Of a stretch of DNA of 64,000 nt, positions 1-9,432 are shown piece by piece. The stretch is from a bacterium (GTDB lineage: Bacteria; UBA8248; JACPRG01; G963555815). The stretch lies in NCBI GenBank assembly GCA_965218795.1, contig OZ244653.1:5056001-5120000 (forward strand), given 5' to 3'. The translations under genes were made by a program, and so were the position numbers. Each line of letters opens with the position of its first letter. The stretch's first letter is position 1. The notes beneath the pieces were generated by a model. It made no database searches and was not told the origin of the DNA. It worked only from the letters and a program-made list of their open reading frames with translations.

Positions 1-102
1 AGAGATCTTCCGGGAGTTCTCCCCCCTGCGTCGTTCTCATCGAGACCCGATGAACCGTTCAGCCCACGCGGACTTCCGGCCTGTATCTTGCTTGAGGGGA
101 TC

Positions 103-1248
103 CTACACGTTCAGGGTCTTGGCCATCGCCTCGGCAATGAAGCGAACCTGGTCCTGTTCCAGTTCCGGATACATCGGCAACGACAATATCTCATCGGCCG
201 CTCGCTCGGATATCGGGAAGTCGCCTCTCCGTCCTCCCTCGTCCGCCAGCGCGGGCTGAAGGTGCAGCGGGAGGGCGTAGTGCAGCCCCGTCTCGATGCC
301 TTCCCGGCCGAGGGCTTCCCGGACCCGGTCCCGCTCCGGCGTGCGAACCGCGTATAGGTGATAGACGGACCTCCTGCCTTCCGGCTCCGACGGCAGGGTG
401 AGCGGCAGTCCGTCCAGCGCTTCGCGGTACCAGCGGGCGACCTGTCTGCGCTCCTCGGTCCATTGTTCGAGATGTTCCAGCTTGACCTTCAAGACCGCCG
501 CCTGCAGGGCATCCAATCGGTCATTGCTGCCGATCTCTCCATGCAGGTATTTCTCCGTTCGGCCGTGATTGCCGGCCCTTCGAATTCGGTGGGCCAGCTC
601 TTCATCGGCTGTCACGACGGCCCCTGCATCCCCGACGGCTCCCAGGTTCTTGCTGGGGAAAAAGCTGAAGCACCCGGCGTCACCCAATGACCCCGCCCGC
701 CTCCCGTCCACTTCTGCCCCGTGAGCCTGGGCAGCGTCCTCTATCACCTTGAGATTGCGTTTGTCCGCCATCTCGCGGAGAGCGTTCATCTCCGCAGGCA
801 GACCGAACAAGTGAACCGCGAGGACGGCCTTGGTGTTTTCCCTCAAGGCATTTTCCGCCTTGGCCGGGTCCAGGCAGAGGGTTTCGGCGTCGACGTCCAC
901 GAATACAGGCTTGGCGCCGACGGACCGGACGGCTGCCGCCGTGGCGATAAAGGTAAAGACGGGAACAAGAACGGAATCCCCCGGACCGATTCCAAGGGCC
1001 CGAAGCGCATGGATGAGGGCGGCGGTGCCGGAAGAGACCCCTGTACAGAACGGAGCACGGCAAAAAGCGGCGAAACCTTCCTCGAATTCCTCCACCACAG
1101 GCCCCCCGATGTAACGGCCGGAGCGGATCACAGAGAGAACGGCTCCGTCAATTTCGTCGCGAATTCGTTCGTATTGGGCCTGGACGTCACAAAGCGGAAT
1201 GGCTTCCGTTGCTCGCACGGAGAAATGCTCCTGAAGGATGCGTTTCAT
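103..1248 (-). CDS. DegT/DnrJ/EryC1/StrS family PLP-dependent sugar aminotransferase
   Basis: Motifs VIEDAAQAHG, FSFFPSKNLGAVGDAG, RLDALQAA, LSLPMYPEL. Confidence 0.93.
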   Translation of the reverse strand: MKRILQEHFSVRATEAIPLCDVQAQYERIRDEIDGAVLSVIRSGRYIGGPVVEEFEEGFAAFCRAPFCTGVSSGTAALIHALRALGIGPGDSVLVPVFTFIATAAAVRSVGAKPVFVDVDAETLCLDPAKAENALRENTKAVLAVHLFGLPAEMNALREMADKRNLKVIEDAAQAHGAEVDGRRAGSLGDAGCFSFFPSKNLGAVGDAGAVVTADEELAHRIRRAGNHGRTEKYLHGEIGSNDRLDALQAAVLKVKLEHLEQWTEERRQVARWYREALDGLPLTLPSEPEGRRSVYHLYAVRTPERDRVREALGREGIETGLHYALPLHLQPALADEGGRRGDFPISERAADEILSLPMYPELEQDQVRFIAEAMAKTLNV

Positions 1249-1334
1249 CGCCGGAGGGAATATCCCTGCCTGTTATGGTCTGCTTAGGATAGACGCTGAC
1301 AGGGAAATTACAAAGAGCGACGAGGGGTGAATCG

Positions 1335-2078
1335 TCAAAAAAGCAGAAGCTTGACAGACCCGGAAACGGCAATGACGAGAATGACAAAATTGAATATCCG
1401 GTTGGATACGGCCTTGTGCGCTCGATATCCCAGATAAGCTCCGAACGCCAGGATGGGAACTGTATATGCGGCGCCCAGGATGATCTGTGCGTTCGTGATT
1501 CCGGCGTAATAGTAGGTTCCCAGTTTGAACAAATTCGTGATGCCGAAGAGGCCGAAGCCGGTGGCGACGACCGCCTCTTTCTTGAGGCCTCTGGAGACAA
1601 AATAGGGCGTCGTGATGATCCCTCCGGAATGGGCGGCCGTCGTGCTGAAGCCGGCCAATATCCCGATCGAATAACCCACCATGCGGGAGGGGGGCACATA
1701 GGTGAATTCCGATTGCCGGATTTGCCTGACGATGTGATAAAGGGAATAAAAAAGGGCGAATCCGCCGATCAGGTTCCGAATCCCCACGTCGGACAAATAG
1801 GTCAATAGCGCGGTCCCCCCGATCGTGCCGATCGCCATGCTGGGGAGGATGGCCAAGACGAATTTTCCGTCCCACTTTTTCCAAAAGAAGTAGATGACCA
1901 GCAGGTCGCCCAGGACCATGAGAGGAGCGATGATCCCCATCGTCAAGCGGGCCGAGATCAAAATGGTGACAATGGGGGCGGTGACCATACCGATTCCGCC
2001 GCCGAAACTCGTCTTGAAGAAGCCGGTCATAAAGCTCGCGAGCACAAATGCCCACAGGGTGTTCGAGGTCAGATCCAT
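1335..2078 (-). CDS. TauE/SafE family sulfite/sulfonate exporter
   Basis: 247 aa, about 8 hydrophobic segments, GFFKTSFGGGIG and AHSGG motifs. Confidence 0.85.
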   Translation of the reverse strand: MDLTSNTLWAFVLASFMTGFFKTSFGGGIGMVTAPIVTILISARLTMGIIAPLMVLGDLLVIYFFWKKWDGKFVLAILPSMAIGTIGGTALLTYLSDVGIRNLIGGFALFYSLYHIVRQIRQSEFTYVPPSRMVGYSIGILAGFSTTAAHSGGIITTPYFVSRGLKKEAVVATGFGLFGITNLFKLGTYYYAGITNAQIILGAAYTVPILAFGAYLGYRAHKAVSNRIFNFVILVIAVSGSVKLLLF

Positions 2079-2108
2079 CGGGTGATCGCCCCACTCCTTT
2101 CCGAAGGC

Positions 2109-2849
2109 CTAGAAGAACAGCTTGATCGCCCCCGCGAGGGCCAGAATCAGCGCCACCCGGTTGAACGTCTCGCGGGAAACCGTCCGGTTCACCCATCGAC
2201 CGATGAATCCGCCGAGGACCGCCACGGGAAGCACAATAAGCGTCCACATGATGATCTTCCAATTCACCATGCCGACGCCGACATAGGAGCCGAGCTTAAT
2301 CCAGTTGCAGACCGCGAACAGGGCGAAGTTCGTGGCGACGATTCCCTCCTTCGATAAGCCGCTGGCCACGAAGTAAGGGACGCTGATGGCCCCCCCGGAA
2401 TGGGCGGCGGAAGAGCTGAAACCTGAAAAAAATCCAATGATGCTCCCGATGCCCTTTTTGGGGGGGACGTAGATGAGCTCCCCCTGCCGATACATGCTCA
2501 AGAGTTGATAGCCGGCAAACAGCAACACCAGGATCCCAATGGCGATTCGCGCCTCCGTATTCGACAGCCGGCTCACCAGGAGCGTGCCGGCGACCACGCC
2601 GACGGCCATGGTCGGCAGCATCACCCAGAAAAACTTGGCGTCCCATTTCCGCCAGAGGAAGTACACGACCGCCATATCGCCAATGATCATCATGGGGGAA
2701 AGGATGCCGAGGACGAAGCGGGGCGCCAGGTAGATACTCAGGACCGGGGCCAGAACCAGACCAACCCCCGTCCCGAAGCTCGTTTTGGAAAGTCCGACGG
2801 CGAAGGCCGAGATGAGATAGCCCGACAGCTCGGCCCAGGTGATGCTCAT
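2109..2849 (-). CDS. TauE/SafE family exporter (tandem paralogue)
   Basis: GLSKTSFGTGVG, WRKWD, AHSGG; aligns with 1335..2078. Confidence 0.85.
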   Translation of the reverse strand: MSITWAELSGYLISAFAVGLSKTSFGTGVGLVLAPVLSIYLAPRFVLGILSPMMIIGDMAVVYFLWRKWDAKFFWVMLPTMAVGVVAGTLLVSRLSNTEARIAIGILVLLFAGYQLLSMYRQGELIYVPPKKGIGSIIGFFSGFSSSAAHSGGAISVPYFVASGLSKEGIVATNFALFAVCNWIKLGSYVGVGMVNWKIIMWTLIVLPVAVLGGFIGRWVNRTVSRETFNRVALILALAGAIKLFF

Positions 2850-4219
2850 ATGCGGGATAACTCGTTCAACAGGTGGCAGGCGGTCCGAATGCCTCGGTGG
2901 ATGCAGTCCAGCGGCATCCGTTCATTGGGGGAGTGGGTTCGATCGTCGGGTCCGCCCAAGGGAACCAGCAGGCTGTCCAGGCCGAGAACGTCTTGCAGCG
3001 ACCCCACCACTGGAATGGTCCCGCCCTCCCGGACCAGGACAGGTTCGCGCCCGAACCCCTTTTCCAGCGCGGCCCGGGCGGCTTGGACGCCGGGACCTTT
3101 GGCATCCACCAGGACGGCCCGGCTTCCCCAGTAGCGCGCCACATCCACATGGACGGTCTCCGGCAACCGTTCACGAATCGCGGCCTCGACCAGATCGTTG
3201 ATGTTCTCCGGATTCTGATGCGGGACCAGACGCATGCTGATTTTGGCGGACGCCCTGGAAGGGATGATGGTCTTGGCCCCCGGCCCCTGATAGCCGCTGG
3301 AGATCCCATTGATGTCCAGGGTCGGTCGGGCCCATCGCCGTTCCAGGGTCGAGTACCCATCTTCTCCCGTCAGGATCGGGGCTCCGGTCATTTTTCGGAA
3401 CGCCTCCTCGTCGAACGGAAGGGCTGCGAACGCCTCGCGCTCCCAGTCTTCGAGTGGCGCAACGTCGTCGTAGAAACCCGGAACGTTCACCGTTCCGTCC
3501 GGATTCTGAAGGGAAGCCAGGATGCGGGTCAGGACGTTGGCCGGGTTGCCGACGGACCCGCCGTAGCCGCCCGAGTGCAGATCCTGATTCGGCCCGAATA
3601 AGGAAACCTCCAGGTAAGAGAGGCCCCGCAGTCCATACATGATGGCCGGCATGCCCTCGGAGAACATCGAGGTATCCGAAACCACTGCATAGTGCGCCTC
3701 CAACCGCTCCTCATTGGCCTTCATGAAGTCTTCCAGATTCGGGCTGCCGATCTCCTCTTCCCCCTCGATCATGAATTTCACGTTCATCGGCAGACGGCCG
3801 CGGACCTGTTGATAGATTTCCATGGCCTTGAGGTGACAGAAGTTTTGTCCCTTGTTGTCATGGGCCCCCCGCGCGTACACATAGCCGTCTCGAACGGTTG
3901 GCTCGAAGGGATCGGATTCCCACAAGTCAAGAGGATCGGGCGGCTGCACGTCGTAGTGGCCGTAAATGAGGACCGTGGGAATCGAAGGATCCTCAATGCG
4001 CTCGCCGTAGACGACCGGATGTCGAGACGTTGGATGGATCTCGCCGGTGAAGCCGGCTTCCCGCAATTTTCCCAGCACGTACTCTGCGCAGCGGCCGACT
4101 TCAGCGTTGTGCCGTGGGTCCGTACTGATGCTCTCAATGCGGAGGTAGGTCTTCAGCTCTTCGATGAAGGCGTCACGCTGCGAGTCAATGGCGTCGAGGA
4201 TGTCTTGCACGTCAAGCAA
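2846..4219 (-). CDS. M20 family dipeptidase (DUG/CNDP-like)
   Basis: YGHYDVQPPDP, ARGAHDNKGQ, EGEEEIGS, DLHSG, HSPNE. Confidence 0.93.
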   Translation of the reverse strand: MLDVQDILDAIDSQRDAFIEELKTYLRIESISTDPRHNAEVGRCAEYVLGKLREAGFTGEIHPTSRHPVVYGERIEDPSIPTVLIYGHYDVQPPDPLDLWESDPFEPTVRDGYVYARGAHDNKGQNFCHLKAMEIYQQVRGRLPMNVKFMIEGEEEIGSPNLEDFMKANEERLEAHYAVVSDTSMFSEGMPAIMYGLRGLSYLEVSLFGPNQDLHSGGYGGSVGNPANVLTRILASLQNPDGTVNVPGFYDDVAPLEDWEREAFAALPFDEEAFRKMTGAPILTGEDGYSTLERRWARPTLDINGISSGYQGPGAKTIIPSRASAKISMRLVPHQNPENINDLVEAAIRERLPETVHVDVARYWGSRAVLVDAKGPGVQAARAALEKGFGREPVLVREGGTIPVVGSLQDVLGLDSLLVPLGGPDDRTHSPNERMPLDCIHRGIRTACHLLNELSRI

Positions 4220-4583
4220 TCTCCGGACAGGGGTCTACTCGGTGGCTTCCAGAAGTCTGAATTATAGCCCGGATTTCAAAGGGGGCGTTACCACCCCTGC
4301 GTGATCCCCATTTCGAGAGGATGTCAGAGAGGACGTCAGAAATGATGGAGACCCTTATCCAGGGGGGCTTCTTGGGCGGCGCGTTGCCTCCGCCGGGCTG
4401 AATCGTGGAATCGAACATCATTCACCCTTGTGTCCGGCGAAAACAGTGCAGGCCCCGCCCGCCCCCCGGAGCTCTTATCGAAAAAACAGGAATCTCTGGG
4501 CCGTATCCCTGATTGACTCCCCCGAGGCGGGAAAATATCATGGCTGGAGAATTCGTGCTCTCCCTGGATCGAGGAAGGCTCAG

Positions 4584-5597
4584 ATGAAGTTCGTCCGGGA
4601 ATTGGAAGTGGAAGATCAGATTGTCGGCTTCTTCCGCGTTTCTTCCAAACAGGTGCGGGAAACCCGAAGCGGAAAGCCCTACCTCGACCTCTCTTTGTCG
4701 GATAAGACCGGTGAGATCAACGCCAAGATGTGGGAGGATCCGGAAGCCAAATGGGACGAGATCGGTCCGGGCGATGTTGTGAAGGTACAGGCCCGGGTCG
4801 ATCAGTACGACAACAAACTCCAACTCATCTTACAGCGGGTCCGGGCCGCATTGCCGGAAGACGCGGACGCCGGCTACGATGCCTCCCGCTTTGAGGAATC
4901 CTCAGAGTATGACATCGACGCGATGTGGGAGGAGCTTTGGGGTTACGCGGAAGGGCTTTCGGAACCCCTGAAGAGCCTGGCGACCGGCCTTCTCGAAGAG
5001 CGACGGGAGAATTTTTGCCGGGGTCCGGCCTCCTCCCACCTTCATCATCCCTATGTGGGCGGGTTGCTGGAGCATACGCTCAATGTCGTCCGCACCTGCG
5101 ATTATTTTTCCGGCCGGTATCCGGTCCGCCGCGATCTCCTTCTCGCCGGGGCGATCCTCCACGACATCGGAAAGTTGGAGGAGATCCGTCCGCACCCGGA
5201 GAATGAATACACCATGTCGGGGAAACTCATCGGTCATACCGTTCAGGGGTGGGGAATGATGCAGGTCAAGGCGAACGAGTTGGGGGCGTTGGATGAAAAC
5301 ATCCTGACACTGCTCGGCCATCTGATCCTGAGCCATCAGGGGCGACCCGAGTGGAATGCTCCCCGCGTCCCCCAGACGCTGGAAGCCATGGTTCTGCATT
5401 ACGCGGACGACCTCGACGCAAAGGTGGAGATCTTTCGCCGGGCCGTAGAGCGTGATCCGAATGAAGGAGAGTTTACTCCACGGCATCGAACCATGGGACG
5501 GGAGTTCTACAAGTCCACATATCAAGAAGTCCAGGAGGGATCGGAGGGCGCGCCTGCGCCTTCGAACGATCCTTCAGATTCCGGCCTGAATCCCTGA
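4584..5597 (+). CDS. yhaM: OB-fold + HD domain 3'-5' exoribonuclease YhaM family
   Basis: GKPYLDLSLSDKTGEINAKMW; HHPYVGGLLEH, LHDIGK, LHYADDLDAK; start set at ATG 4584. Confidence 0.85.
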   Translation: MKFVRELEVEDQIVGFFRVSSKQVRETRSGKPYLDLSLSDKTGEINAKMWEDPEAKWDEIGPGDVVKVQARVDQYDNKLQLILQRVRAALPEDADAGYDASRFEESSEYDIDAMWEELWGYAEGLSEPLKSLATGLLEERRENFCRGPASSHLHHPYVGGLLEHTLNVVRTCDYFSGRYPVRRDLLLAGAILHDIGKLEEIRPHPENEYTMSGKLIGHTVQGWGMMQVKANELGALDENILTLLGHLILSHQGRPEWNAPRVPQTLEAMVLHYADDLDAKVEIFRRAVERDPNEGEFTPRHRTMGREFYKSTYQEVQEGSEGAPAPSNDPSDSGLNP

Positions 5598-5681
5598 GAT
5601 AGATTTTTCGGAGCGGCCCGCACCGGAATCCCCGCCGACGTCTGCTGAATATCCGGTGAAAAAGAGAACCCGCGTTCGGGA

Positions 5682-5906
5682 TCAGGATTCGGTAAGCAGG
5701 ACCCGGTGCTCGGCTTCTTCGATCTCGGCCCACTCTTTCGGGCCGACGGCGACGTTCGTGTTACGGGCCCGGTTAGCGACGATGACCGGATCGAGAATTT
5801 CACCGCAGCACATACAGTGCCACCCGTAAAAATGGCCGGCCAAGTCGGATCCAAATCCGTAATGCTTGAAGTTCGTCATCAATCCCCCGCATTTCGGGCA
5901 TTTCAT
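5682..5906 (-). CDS. small zinc-ribbon protein (CxxC...CxxC)
   Basis: MKCPKCGGLM...WHCMCCGEILDPVIVANR, with GGAGGG RBS-like sequence upstream. Confidence 0.7.
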   Translation of the reverse strand: MKCPKCGGLMTNFKHYGFGSDLAGHFYGWHCMCCGEILDPVIVANRARNTNVAVGPKEWAEIEEAEHRVLLTES

Positions 5907-6146
5907 GGGCTGAGTCCCTCCTTCCTGAGCGTGGGCGAATTCTGCGCACGCAACGAGGAGAAAGATGGAGTCATCCCCTTGGAGCAGGCGGTCGGCGTCT
6001 AGCCGGGCGCGTTCGCGCCTCGTCCCGGAAGCTGTCGAGCCTTTGGAACGCCTTTCAGGGTTTCTTTGACATCCTCCTCCTGTCCTCCAAAGGGAGGCGG
6101 CAGAACCGCCCGCTTCAATGCCTTCCGTAACAGTATTCACTGAGGA

Positions 6147-6599
6147 TCAGCCCGAAAACTCCCCGAGCAGGCTTTCCTGGCTGGAGCGTTCGACCAGGGC
6201 CGCCAACTCGCCAACCGTCCGGTTGGACAAGGCATGGTCGATGGCGTCCTGGATCTCCCGCCAAATGGGGATCTGATAGCAGCAGTCCGCCCGCCCGCAA
6301 GCGCCTTCGAAGGGAATACATTCGTGTACGACTACCGGACCGTCAACGGTCTCGATAATCTCCTTAAAGGTGATCTGACCGGGGTGTCGCGCCAGCCGAT
6401 ACCCGCCGGCGCCCTCATACTCCACCTGGACATAGCCGTGATGCACCAAGGGCCGCAACAATGTCTCCAGGAAGGCACCCGGAACGCGTTCACGCTCCGC
6501 GATCTCCGCCAACGGGGCCAAACGATCTTCTTTCAATGTCGCCAGATATCCAACGACCCGCAGAGCGAAGTCCGCCTTGCGGCTGATCTGCATCTGCAT
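6147..6599 (-). CDS. Rrf2 family transcriptional regulator (3-Cys Fe-S type)
   Basis: ISRKADFALR, GAGGGYRLAR, C-x5-C-x4/5-C cluster. Confidence 0.9.
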   Translation of the reverse strand: MQMQISRKADFALRVVGYLATLKEDRLAPLAEIAERERVPGAFLETLLRPLVHHGYVQVEYEGAGGYRLARHPGQITFKEIIETVDGPVVVHECIPFEGACGRADCCYQIPIWREIQDAIDHALSNRTVGELAALVERSSQESLLGEFSG

Positions 6600-6756
6600 C
6601 GCAAACTTCCTTACCGCCTGAACCGCTTCGTGAGTGGAATTATCGGAGACCAAAACAGTCGGATATAAACTAGGCTGCCCATTCCTTCTTGTCAAGCGGT
6701 TTCAGGAAAATCCCTGAAGCAAGGTCCATCCTGCACAACCCCTTGAAATCCCTTGA

Positions 6757-7974
6757 TCAATTCGATCCTTCGATCCGTTTCGGGAAAAGCTCTCCCACCT
6801 GATAGAGGGGTGACTGAATGGCGGAAAGACCCTTGGCCTCTTCCTCACCGACTCCCTTCTCCTGGAGCAGGACCTTGAGCGTGCCGCCCAGTCCGCCGGG
6901 AAGCAGGAGATTCTTGATCGCCAGATTTCGGTAGATCCCCCCGATGTGATCTCCCTCCGCGCTCTCGGCAAGTGGAGACAGCTCGCCCGCGATGCCGAGG
7001 CCCACGAGTGCGTGATGTTGATCGGTGAAACCGGCCGTATGCAGACCCGTATCCATTCCGGCCAGGGCCAGGCTCGAAAAATCCACATGCGCGGTCATAT
7101 CCTGTTCACCCACATGGATATAAGCGTCCGCGTGGGCCCGGTGGCGATGGTAGCACATCAACATGCCGCCCCCCGCGATCCTTCTCGCAGAGAACAGATC
7201 TCCCGCCGGATAACCGTAATCGAGGGTGAGGACGAATCCGCGGTCGAGTTTCTTGCCGAGCGTTTCCATGATTGCGGCAGCGCGCAGGTTCACCTCGGCG
7301 CGGTCATCGTCCCTCCCGTCATTGAACGAGATGGCCAGACGGTCGAAGTACCTCTGCAGTTCCACGGTCGACGGATCGTCCAGCTCCTCAAAAAATTCGG
7401 CGTTCCTCGCCCGGACATACACCTCGAGAAGCCGGCCGCCGAGGGGGCAGACCCTGTGGACCGGCAGGGCATCAAAGAACTCGTTGGAATAGATCACGCC
7501 GGTGATTCCGGATGGGAGCGCCCCGACGGAGTCCAGCCATGCGATCCGGTCCCGTTGGTCAAGCCCCTCGGACTCGAGACCCCGTAGAAGGGTGTCGAGC
7601 CGCGCCGGGCTTTTCTCCACGGCGATATAGGTCGTGCGCGACATGCAGTCCGGCGCATCGGATTCCAGATGGCGGCAAACGTCCCGGCAAAGGAGTCCGC
7701 GGCCAGCACCCAGTTCAATCACGTGAAAATTCTCCGGCTCGCCCAGGACCCTCCACATTTCGGCAAATTGGCGCGCCAGGCATCGGCCAAACACCTCGCC
7801 GACGTCCGGGCTCGTGTAGTAATCGCGTTCCCGGGGTTCCGGCGGAAGCGGCCTCATGTAATAGCCGTGGTCGGGGTCGTAGAGGGCGCGCTCCATAAAG
7901 CGCGCGAACGGGATCCGCCCGTCGCCGATCTCCTCGGCGATTTGAAGCGCGAGGGGCGTCGGGTCCATTTTCAT
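6757..7974 (-). CDS. SAM-dependent methyltransferase, MidA/NDUFAF7 family
   Basis: FMERALY, DYYTSP, ELGAGRG, SNEFFDALPV, DYGY, QDMTAHVDF. Confidence 0.9.
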   Translation of the reverse strand: MKMDPTPLALQIAEEIGDGRIPFARFMERALYDPDHGYYMRPLPPEPRERDYYTSPDVGEVFGRCLARQFAEMWRVLGEPENFHVIELGAGRGLLCRDVCRHLESDAPDCMSRTTYIAVEKSPARLDTLLRGLESEGLDQRDRIAWLDSVGALPSGITGVIYSNEFFDALPVHRVCPLGGRLLEVYVRARNAEFFEELDDPSTVELQRYFDRLAISFNDGRDDDRAEVNLRAAAIMETLGKKLDRGFVLTLDYGYPAGDLFSARRIAGGGMLMCYHRHRAHADAYIHVGEQDMTAHVDFSSLALAGMDTGLHTAGFTDQHHALVGLGIAGELSPLAESAEGDHIGGIYRNLAIKNLLLPGGLGGTLKVLLQEKGVGEEEAKGLSAIQSPLYQVGELFPKRIEGSN

Positions 7975-8004
7975 TGCGGCGGGCAGAGAGGTGGAAAGGG
8001 AGAA

Positions 8005-9177
8005 TCAGTTCTTCCAGAACATCAGGCGGTCCAGCCAGGTCTTACGGGCCACGGCATCCGCGGCAATCAAAGGGACGCTGGCCAAGACCTGATCCTTGAC
8101 AACAGCTTCGGCCTTGCCGACCACTTGCCCCTTTTTCACCGGCGCCGGGATGGAGCTTTGCTGAAGCGACACGCGCGTCTTGATCTTTCCGATGTGAATC
8201 CGCTTGACAAGGAGGGAGACGGATTTCGCGGGCTTGACGGCAACGGTCTTCTTCTTTCCGCCCTCGACGTCGACCGGCCTCCCGATGGGCTTCCCTTCAG
8301 TGAAAAAGGACATCTTCCTGTAAACGCGAAATCCCTGCTTCAGAAGCCGTCGTGTCTCGCGGGTTCGGACTTTCTGGGTGGGCGCGCCCAAGACGACCGA
8401 GATGAGCCGCAGATTGTCCCGTTTGGCAGTGGCCACAAGGTTATACTCGGCCTTTCCGTGATAGCCCGTCTTGATTCCATCCATGCCGGGAAAATGGGGC
8501 AGGAGCTTGTTGGTGTTATAAAGCTTGAATTTGCCTCTCCGGAATTCGTCCTGAACCGTGCGGCCCCATTCAAGCAATAGGGGATACTTGATGTTCTCCC
8601 GGGCGATGACCGAGATCTCGCGGGCCGTGATGTAGTCCTGCGTCTGGCCTGGCCTTGACGGAAGACCGTGAACATTGGTGAAGACAGTCTTTTCCAGCCC
8701 GAGTTCCCTGGCTCGCTCATTCATTAACTGAACCATGGCTTCAGGCGTCCCGGCAATGTGTTCGGCGATGGCGTGAGCGGAATCGTTCGCGGAGGCGATC
8801 ACCACCGTTTTCAGCAAATCGCCCAGCGTGAAGACCTCGCCCTGCTTCAGGTAGACCTGGGATCCCCCGATGCGGCTGGCCTCGCGGGTGATGTGCACTT
8901 TCTGGTCAAGGGAAAACGCTCCCTGTTTGACCAACTCCACCACGAGGAGCATCAACATCATCTTGACCAGAGAGGCCGGGACGTGAAGTCGGTCCGGGTT
9001 GTGTTCAAACAGGATCTGCCCGGTATCGCCATCCATGAGGAGCGCGGCCGCAAAGGGTTCAGGGCGCTCAGCGGCCCTGTCTTTCCCCTTTTGGGCGAGG
9101 GCGGGGCCGGCGACGGTCAGGAGAATCAGCAGGGGAGCGAAAATGGCTCGCAGGACAAAATGATTTTGAGTGCGCAT
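8005..9177 (-). CDS. dacA: D-alanyl-D-alanine carboxypeptidase (peptidase S11)
   Basis: Signal peptide; PASLVK (SxxK), SAND (SxN), KTG; PBP5 C-terminal domain. Confidence 0.9.
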   Translation of the reverse strand: MRTQNHFVLRAIFAPLLILLTVAGPALAQKGKDRAAERPEPFAAALLMDGDTGQILFEHNPDRLHVPASLVKMMLMLLVVELVKQGAFSLDQKVHITREASRIGGSQVYLKQGEVFTLGDLLKTVVIASANDSAHAIAEHIAGTPEAMVQLMNERARELGLEKTVFTNVHGLPSRPGQTQDYITAREISVIARENIKYPLLLEWGRTVQDEFRRGKFKLYNTNKLLPHFPGMDGIKTGYHGKAEYNLVATAKRDNLRLISVVLGAPTQKVRTRETRRLLKQGFRVYRKMSFFTEGKPIGRPVDVEGGKKKTVAVKPAKSVSLLVKRIHIGKIKTRVSLQQSSIPAPVKKGQVVGKAEAVVKDQVLASVPLIAADAVARKTWLDRLMFWKN

Positions 9178-9432
9178 TCGGGGTCTCGCGAGAATCGTCA
9201 CACCGGCGGGAGAGGCCTGCCCGAAGAACCTCGTTCGGACTCTATTCCGACTGGGAGCGGCTGTCAAGGCTCTGTGAGTGTTCGGACGGGTTTCAGGGGC
9301 AAGCCCCTCCAGTCAGGTTGCCTTGACAGGCCTACCGCGCGAGGGAAAAATGGAACGCTTCGAGCGGGATCCCGGAGCAAGGGATAGAGCCCCTGCCTTT
9401 CGCAAGGGAACGCTCATTCGACAGGAACGGGA

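Noticed and set aside
9220-9430. LexA/SOS box before uvrA (or dinB)
   Set aside because: Only GAAC-N3-GTTC-like partial matches; no convincing shared motif
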